Part shown: positions 55,131 to 64,000 of the stretch, piece by piece
Position numbering within the stretch: position 1 is the first letter of the stretch
How the letters are laid out: every line of letters starts with the position of its first letter
DNA from: Eledone cirrhosa
Lineage: Eukaryota
Length of the DNA: 64,000 nucleotides
Direction of reading: 5' to 3'
Assembly (NCBI GenBank): GCA_964016885.1
Contig: OZ024745.1
Coordinates: forward strand, 18,786,001-18,850,000
Notes under the pieces: model-generated
Told to the model about the DNA's origin: nothing
Database searches by the model: none
What the model saw: the letters and a program-made list of their open reading frames with translations, nothing else
Program-made: the position numbers and the translations under genes

Positions 55131-55820
55131 GTGTACATACAATCATTCCATGAGAAACAGTCTCTAGGCACTTACCTCACCACCTTATATTAGTGAAATT
55201 AACTGCTACTGTTTTATACTACAGCTAAAACCAAACACGTCATCTCACCTGAAGAGATATTTCTACGGCGACATCATGACTTAGATTTCCATAAACAATT
55301 TATTAATCATGTTAATACAGTTCTTTTGTTGCTGTTCTTTTTTCTAGAACTGTAACTCTCAATAATTGCCATTGGACATATCTTGCATTGTTGTACTCAT
55401 TATATCGCACAACATACACATAAATTGTTTTAGTTTTCATAATCTACTGTATATATTGGTACCAAAAATACCGGCATGTCATTTTGGTAACCAACATACA
55501 TATAACAAAGTTCACATGTATGTATGGACCCTAAGGAGTTGTAGAGGCGCTGCATTGACAATTGACGTATCTAGAGTATTTTTAAAACCTGGTGGTGACC
55601 ATCTCCTTTCCGTATATTTACATCAAATCATAGAAGTATATATCATAGGCACGTGGACAAATTTAATTATCCATATACAATATAATTTCAATCTTTCTGC
55701 TTTTACAACTGATTTACCTGTTCTGCAAATATTCAATGTCAATCACATCCATTGAAGTTTTGCAGTAAGGTGTGACTACTATAGCCACTTGACATAGTTG
55801 ATACCCAGTAATATGGGGTT

Positions 55821-55891
<71 letters not shown>

Positions 55892-55973
55892 TTCTCTCTC
55901 TCTCACTCTCTCACTCTCTCACTCTCTCGCTCTCTCTCTCTGTATTTATCTAACTATCATATCTATCTATACT

Positions 55974-56196
55974 TTCACATAATAAAAATATGTTTTATTA
56001 TATATATTTCGAAGATACTGTGCTGTTTTTTCAGTACGTCCTTGTCAGATAAAATACATACTGGAATTGAACCATCTTGACCATTGGGGTATGTCAGACA
56101 TCAATTCATGTATTTTATCTGACGAGGACGTACTAAAAATAACAGCACAGTATCTTCGAAATATATATAATAAAACATATATTTTAATTATGTGAA
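55974..56196. repeat. Fold-back with about 87-bp arms, each arm a hammerhead-like motif
   Basis: 55974-56059 is the reverse complement of 56108-56196. Confidence 0.85.
56108..56178 (+). ncRNA. Type I hammerhead-like ribozyme
   Basis: atgtattttat CTGACGA gga..tact...agta tcttc GAAA tatata TA ataaaacat. The twin on the minus strand has CTGACAA. Confidence 0.55.
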
Positions 56197-56326
56197 TGTC
56201 TTCATTTATTATTATTGTCAATAATAATAACTCCAGAAAACTTGACTGCAGAGTGCTTTTAATCTATTGTAAAATTATATTCATTGAGTAACCAATGAAC
56301 CATATTAATCTTTGGTCATATATGTA

Positions 56327-56782
<456 letters not shown>

Positions 56783-56808
<26 letters not shown>

Positions 56809-57198
56809 ATACACTGTATGCTTAATTAAAAGTATTTCGAAGACCTTATGCTATTGTGTTAGAGTAGTGACAGTCTCACTTACTTTAAATTTTCAGCAAA
56901 CAGGGGGAGATAAAGCTGACAGAGCTGACCGGCAACCGGTCTGTATAATCAGTTCCTGATTATTACTAGAAATTCTATAAGAATCAAACATTCATGATTT
57001 TCAGCAAACAGGTAGGGTACTTGGCTTTGATAAGTACCAATCAGTACGAAACATAGCTCTGTCAGCTTTATCTCCCCCTGTTTGCTGAAAATTTAAAGTA
57101 AGTGAGACTGTCACTACTCTAACACAATAGCATAAGGTCTTCGAAATGCTTTCAATTAAGCATACATTGTATTGCAAAATACACTATATATACATTCA
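56783..57198 (+). mobile_element. Fold-back element (144-bp arms) containing a hammerhead, between (TA)n; probable PLE terminus
   Basis: 56783-56926 is the reverse complement of 57055-57198 with few mismatches. Confidence 0.7.
56997..57092 (+). ncRNA. Type I hammerhead ribozyme, U3-A8 core variant, with extended stem I
   Basis: ggct TTGATAA gtac-caatca-gtac GAAA ca-tagctc-tg TC agct gives a GUC cleavage site at 57061-57063. Distal stem ttttcagcaaacagg/cctgtttgctgaaaa is perfect. Confidence 0.78.
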
Positions 57199-57231
57199 TA
57201 TATATATAGCTATTTCAGAGCGCCAATTCTA

Positions 57232-57324
<93 letters not shown>

Positions 57325-57512
57325 CATATATATATATGTCTGCCTATCTATCTACGTATCTATCTATCAATTGCTTGCATAGTGTGTACCCAGTAATAAT
57401 GAGCTACCATAGCCACTTTATATAGTTTGTACCAAATAATACAAACCGAATACAGCCCCAGTATTTAGAGCCTGTAGTAATAATACAGAACAACAGTAGT
57501 CACCTTATATTG

Positions 57513-60246
57513 CCTATACCTAGTAATACAGAGCTAAGATAGCCCCCTTCAGCCTATACCTAGTATTACAGAGCTAAAATAACCCCCTTCAGTCTATACC
57601 TAGTATTACAGAGCTAGATAGCCCCCTTCAGCCTATACCTAGTATTACAGACCTAAGAGAGCCCCCTTCAACTTATACCTAGTATTACAGAGCTAAGATA
57701 GCCCCCTTCAACCTATACCTAGTAATACAGAGCTAAGATAGCCCCCTTCAGCCTATACCTTGTAATACAGAGCTAAACTAGCCCCTTTCAGCCTATACCT
57801 AGTAATAAACAGCTAGATAGCCCCCTTTAGCCTATACCTAGTAATACAGAGCTAAGATAGCCCCCTTTAACCTATACCTAGTATTACAGAGCTAAGATAT
57901 CCCCCTTCAACCTATACCTAGTAATACAGAGCTAAGATAGCCCCCTTCAGCCTATACCTAGTAATACAGAGCTAAACTAGCCCCTTTCAGCCTATACCTA
58001 GTAATACACAGCTAGATAGCCCCCTTTAGCCTATACCTAGTAATGCAGAGCTAAGATAGCCCCATTTAACCTATACCTAGTAATACAGAGCTAGATAGCC
58101 CCCTTTAGCCTATATCTAGTAATACAGAGCTAAACTAGCCCCTTTCAGCCTATACCTAGTAATACAGAGCTAAGATAGCCCCCTTCAACTTATACCTAGT
58201 ATTACAGAGCTAGATAGCCCCCTTTAGCCTATATCTAGTAATACAGAGCTAAACTAGCCCCCTTCAGCCTATACCTAGTAATACAGAGCTAAGATAGCCC
58301 CCTTCAGCCTATACCTAGTAATACAGAGCTAAGATAGCCCCCTTTAACCTATACCTAGTATTACAGAGCTAGGATAGCCCCCTTCAGCCTATACCTAGTA
58401 TTACAGAGCTAAGATAGCCCCCTTCAGACTATACCTAGTATTACAGTGCTAAGATAGCCCCCTTTAGCCTATATCTAGTAATACAGAGCTAAACTAGCCC
58501 CCTTCAGCCTATACCTAGTAATACAGAGCTACGATAGCCCCCTTTAACCTATACCTAGTAATACAGAGCTAAAATAGCCCCCTTCAACCTATACCTAGTA
58601 TTACAGAGCTAAGATAGCCCCCTTCAGCCTATACCTAGTAATACAGAGCTAAACTAGCCCCTTTCAACATATACCTAGTATCACAGAGCTAAAATAGACC
58701 CCTTCAACCTATACCTAGTAATAGAGAGCTAAAATAGCCCCCTTCAGCCTATACCTTGTAATACAGAGCTAAGATAGGCCCCTTCAACCTATACCTAGTA
58801 TTACAGAGCTAAGATAGCCCCCTTCAGCCTATACCTAGTATTACAGAGCTAAGATAGCCCCCTTCAGCCTATACCTAGTATTACAGAGCTAAGATAGCCC
58901 CCTTCAGCCTATACCTAGTATTACAGAGCTAAGATAGCCCCCTTCAGCCTATACCTAGTAATAGAGTGCTAAAATAGCCCCCTTTTAGCCTATACCTAGT
59001 AATAGAGTGCTAAAATAGCCCCCTTCAGCCTATACCTAGTAATACAGAGCTAAGATAGCCCCCTTCAGCCTATACCTAGTAATAGAGTGCTAAAATATCC
59101 CCCTTCAACCTATACCTAGTATTACAGAGCTAAGATAGCCCCCTTCAACCTATACCTAGTATTACAGAGCTAATATAGCCCTCTTCAACCTATACCTAGT
59201 ATACAGAGCTAAGATAGCCCCCTTCAGCCTATACCTAGTATTACAGAGCTAAGATAGCCCCCTTTCAACCTATACCTAGTAATACAGAGCTAAGATAGCC
59301 CCCTTCAACCTATACCTAGTATTACAGAGCTAAGATAGCCCCCTTCAGCCTATACCTAGTAATACAGAGCTAAGATAGCCCCCTTCAACCTATACCTAGT
59401 ATTACAGAGCTAAGATAGCCCCCTTCAACCTATACCTAGTATTACAGAGCTAAGATAGCCCCCTTCAGCCTATACCTAGTATTACAGAGAGAAGATAGCC
59501 CTCTTCAGCCTATACCTAGTAATACAGAGCTAAGATAGCCCTCTTCAGCCTATACCTAGTATTACAGAGCTAAGATAGCCCCCCTTCTGCCTATACCTAG
59601 TAATTCAGACCTAAGATAGGCCCCTTCAGCCTATACCTAGTAATACAGAGCTAAGATAGCCCCCTTCAGACTATACCTAGTATTACAGAGCTAAGATAGC
59701 CCCTTCAGCCTATACCTAGTATTACAGAGCTAAGATAGCCCCCTTCAGACTATACCTAGTATTACAGAGCTAAGATAGCCCTCTTCAGACTATACCTAGT
59801 ATTACAGAGCTAAGATAGCCCTCTTCAGACTATACCTAGTATTACAGAGCTAAGATAGCCCCCTTCAGCCTATACCTAGTATTACAGAGCTAAGATAGCC
59901 CTCTTCAGACTATACCTAGTATTACAGAGCTAAGATAGCCCTCTTCAGACTATACCTAGTATTACAGAGCTAAGATAGCCCTCTTCAGACTATACCTAGT
60001 ATTACAGAGCTAAGATAGCCCCCTTCAGCCTATACCTAGTATTACAGAGCTAAGATAGCCCTCTTCAGACTATACCTAGTATTACAGAGCTAAGATAGCC
60101 CCCTTCAGCCTATACCTAGTAATACAGAGCTAAGATAGCCCCCTTCAGACTATACCTAGTATTACAGAGCTAAGATAGCCCCCTTCAGCCTATACCTAGT
60201 ATTACAGAGCTAAGATAGCCCCCTTCAGCCTATACCTAGTATTACA
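57513..60246. repeat. 40-bp minisatellite, about 68 copies
   Basis: Consensus is tatacctagta(t/a)tacagagctaagatagcccccttcagcc. Confidence 0.97.
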
Positions 60247-60356
60247 AAACTACTTAGCTAAATTTACATAAATGTACGTATATGTATGTATATTTATAGA
60301 AGGCACATGATAATGCATACGTACATGCATGGATTGTATGTATGTGCGTATATGCA

Positions 60357-60429
<73 letters not shown>

Positions 60430-60862
60430 GTATATATATATATATATATATATGTGTATGTATGTATATATATGTATATATATGAACATCTTTGTATAGT
60501 TAAGAATATGCATGTATCTGTATGTGTACTTATGTAAAAAAAAAAGAAGGAAATATAACGGAATAAGATTTTTTTTCTTTCCTTATATGCACAGCCATAT
60601 CTATTTATCTTTTTGTATCACACTGCAAATTTCTCTTTCTGCTTCTTTCTTTCTCTCCCTTTTCCACTTTCTTTCTATCTTTCTCTATCTATCTATCTCT
60701 CTATCCATCGATCCCTTTCTCTCATTTTCTCTCTATTTTCCACTGTCTATCTCTGTCTATCCATCTATCTCTTTTTCTTATTATTTCTCTCTGTTTCACT
60801 CATTTTCTCTCTCTCCTTATCCCTCTCTATCTATCTATCTATCTATCTATCTATATCTTTCT

Positions 60863-60958
<96 letters not shown>

Positions 60959-61146
60959 TTGTATTCTTTTCTCTTTGTACGTTAATTATTTTCACAGATA
61001 TGTATGTCCTCCAGCACCAACAAGCTGTCTTGTAATAACAATAACGTTTTAATAACAGACATTGCCAAACATACCTTCCAAGAAAATATAACAGAATATT
61101 AAACAAGAAAACAACTATGGCTGCCCACACACGCACGACACTTCCC

Positions 61147-61185
<39 letters not shown>

Positions 61186-61198
61186 GTGCGTGTATATG

Positions 61199-61229
<31 letters not shown>

Positions 61230-61682
61230 GTAGGTATGCGTGTACATGTGTATAAAAATAGATATATACATTCACATGCACTCACACAAACCCATAGTGT
61301 ATATGTATATATATATATATATATATATTCTGATGTATTTGATATATAAATGCATAAACAACTCAATAACAATGGATGACAACAACAAAGACAACAAAAC
61401 AACAAAACAACAGCCAAACAAAATAATATAAATATTTAAACATTCTTGGTTTACATTAAAAGCCGTTCATTTTGAAATATAACACCTCACTATGACAAAG
61501 CCTCGCTTTCGATCATACATGTCATACGCCCGTTTCCTTTAGAAGCACACAAATCTTTATAACATCGTAGAGAATATTGCAATAAATAGTATTCGACATG
61601 CTTTATTATATTCCAAATATATTGATTCCATGGACAGTCCTTATATTCGTTATATTGCATCGTCTTATCTTTTTATAATAAG

Positions 61683-61870
61683 TGTTTCTACTTTTGGCAC
61701 AAGGACAGCAATTATCCCAGTGCATTACTGGTACTTTATTTTATCGACCCTGTAACGATGAAAGGCAAAGTTAACCTCGACAGGATTTGAACTCAGATCA
61801 TAAAGTGCCGTAACTCTATGCGTCAAAGCATGGCGTCCGACCCTCTACCGATACTGCCAATCCACCACCC
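61683..61870 (-). mobile_element. tRNA-derived SINE, family A (most complete 5' head)
   Basis: Reverse-complement homologue of 28146-28319, extended by gggtggtggatt. Confidence 0.88.
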
Positions 61871-62215
61871 TTTATGTTTTTTTATTAATGCGGTTTGTTC
61901 TCTTTATATTTTTCCCGTGCTTGCCACGTATGTATATAAATGGGCTTTTCTCTTTCGCACAAACACATACCCACACACGCACAAACAAATATATGCATAC
62001 ATGTATACATACATACATATATACATACATACTTACATACATACATACATACATTCTTTTCTTTTACAACCTTGCCACCAGGAAGATGGCCGGTCAAAAA
62101 AATATACTCGAAATTAAGAGAAAGAGATACATACATACATCCATACATACATACATACATACATACATACATACATACATAGATACATACATACATACAT
62201 ACATACATACATACA

Positions 62216-62247
<32 letters not shown>

Positions 62248-62248
62248 C

Positions 62249-64000
62249 AGTCAATGCGATCAGTCGCATATTTTGGCGTGGGAGACTATTTATTAAATTT
62301 ACTATCTCCGACAGTAATGCCACAACTACAGTCATGTTGAATAACTGGTTATTCTTCTAACTATATTTTCTGAAGACATCTTTTATTCGAATTCGGAGAG
62401 ATATCCGACTAAATACATAATTCATTTTACAAGGATTTGCTACAAACAGCATGGCTGAACACAACATCAACAGCAAAATTAAGGAAGTATCGTGACAAAC
62501 AACAAGAAAGGTAAACAAACTTTATTCAGTTGTAGCTTCAGAAGAAACCGAAATTATAAATCGCATTTCTCTTGGAGTTGCGAACTTAATAATGATTTAT
62601 TTAATTGTTATAAAATGGCAAAAAACAATCCCTCCATTGGCTATATGAACAGAATAAAGCTACACTGGGACGAAATGCACCCAGAGCTAAATTATTTCAC
62701 AGCGAAACAATTACGCCAACAAGCGACGTTTGTTGAACGTAAAAGTAAGATAAATAGTATTAATTGTAAGTCTCCCACAACAAACATGGGATCGACAACA
62801 CGTTCTACAGACTAGATACTAGACTTCCTAGCAGCCAGGTCAACTCTGAAACAACTATGCCTTGAAACAAACTATGCCTGTAAGAAACTTGACACCACCT
62901 GTACCATCTAAGTCTACCTCGAATGCTGGGGAAAACACTATCGATAATAATAATAATCGAAGAAATTTGACACCAGGTGTACCATCCGAGTCTACCTCGA
63001 CTGTTGTGGAAAATACTATCGATAATGATAATAATCAAAAGTATAAGCAATTGAAAATTTCCCTCAACGAAATCTTCCAGAGAGAAATTAATTCATGTAT
63101 AAATATCTCTCTTGCTGAACGTATTAAAACGACAATGTTTAATAAAAAAAAAAACAAATAATGAAATATTACGTGTTATTGACGAAATAGGGGATGAATA
63201 TTTACGACGGATAAAAACCCCAACATTTTGGCAAATCAACACCTGTTTATATGCCTTAGCAACGACAGTGAAGCATTATCTTGGTGATAGCAGAGATATT
63301 AACAAGAACAGAACACCACCAAAAATACCATCATATATAACTAAAATAGAAAAAAAGATTGCTGACCTACGAAAAACCATAGGATATGGGACAATGCTCC
63401 TTACATGCAAACAAACACAAAAAAAACCTCACTCCTCACCAACAAAGAGTGAAAAATAAAATAGAGACGATGTTTGGTAGCAGTAGAACCAGAACTCTTC
63501 AATATAAGCTGATCACCCTCAAACAAGAATTGAGAGCTGTTAGCGAAAAACGCCGATACCTGAAGAAGGTAGATGAGAGAAAAGTGCTTAATAAAAGATT
63601 CAGACGAAACCAAACATCAGTCTATAGAGATATGAAGTACAAAATAATAAGTGTCACTGAGACCCCATCCCAGAAAGACATAGATTCCTTTTGGAGCAAA
63701 ATATGGGGTGAAAAGAAGAATTTCAACCAAGATACAGTGTAGCTAAGAGAAATCCGAAAGAACTATTGCTCCTACACTACAACAAAAAAACATACGAAAT
63801 AAGTGAGGGTACCCTTGAGACTGTGATAGGAAAACTCCAAGATAAGAAAACACCAGGAAGTAACATGATTGTCGGCTACTGGTACAAAAAACTGATATTC
63901 TATCGGAGGTCTCTTACTAACCTCTACCAACAAGTTCTTAAGGGAGATACACTTATACCAGAATGGTTGACATTAGAACAAACATTACTGGTCCCCAAGA
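62249..64000 (+). mobile_element. Decayed R4/Dong-like non-LTR retrotransposon, 5' part, running off the window
   Basis: Frameshifted peptides include a Myb-like WSCELNNDLFNCY...GYMNRIKLHWDEMHP...TAKQLRQQ, WQINTCLYALA, LNKRFRRNQ..VYR, FWSKIWG and KTPGSNMIVGYWYKKL...PEWLT...LVPK (RT entry). It starts right after (TACA)n. Confidence 0.75.

Overview
This is repeat-dense, AT-rich animal DNA, not prokaryotic. The tRNA-derived SINEs, (TTAGGG)n and extreme microsatellite load suggest a mollusc, probably an octopus (inference). No host gene can be called with confidence. About 24 kb (2.4-26.7 kb) is a 51-bp satellite with 3.3-4.3 kb higher-order repeats and eight single-monomer inversions; two smaller minisatellites (46-52 bp and 40 bp units) are also present. 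The only real coding DNA is retrotransposon-derived: one full-length Tx1-group (L1 clade) element with an intact EN-RT-ZnF ORF2, five 5'-truncated relatives, a Penelope GIY-YIG remnant and a decayed R4/Dong-like LINE. Three signals stand out. (1) All six Tx1 copies, from about three subfamilies, are stacked in one orientation with their 5' ends on (GATA)n/(TATC)n arrays, pointing to a tetranucleotide-microsatellite-specific LINE with covarying 3'-UTR hairpins. (2) Five unrelated type I hammerhead-like ribozyme sequences, including a clean U3-A8 core variant, lie beside (TA)n tracts, several inside fold-back repeats; these are probably Penelope-type termini. (3) Different retroelements appear to partition among different microsatellites. 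All calls were made by eye, and coordinates may be off by a few bases.
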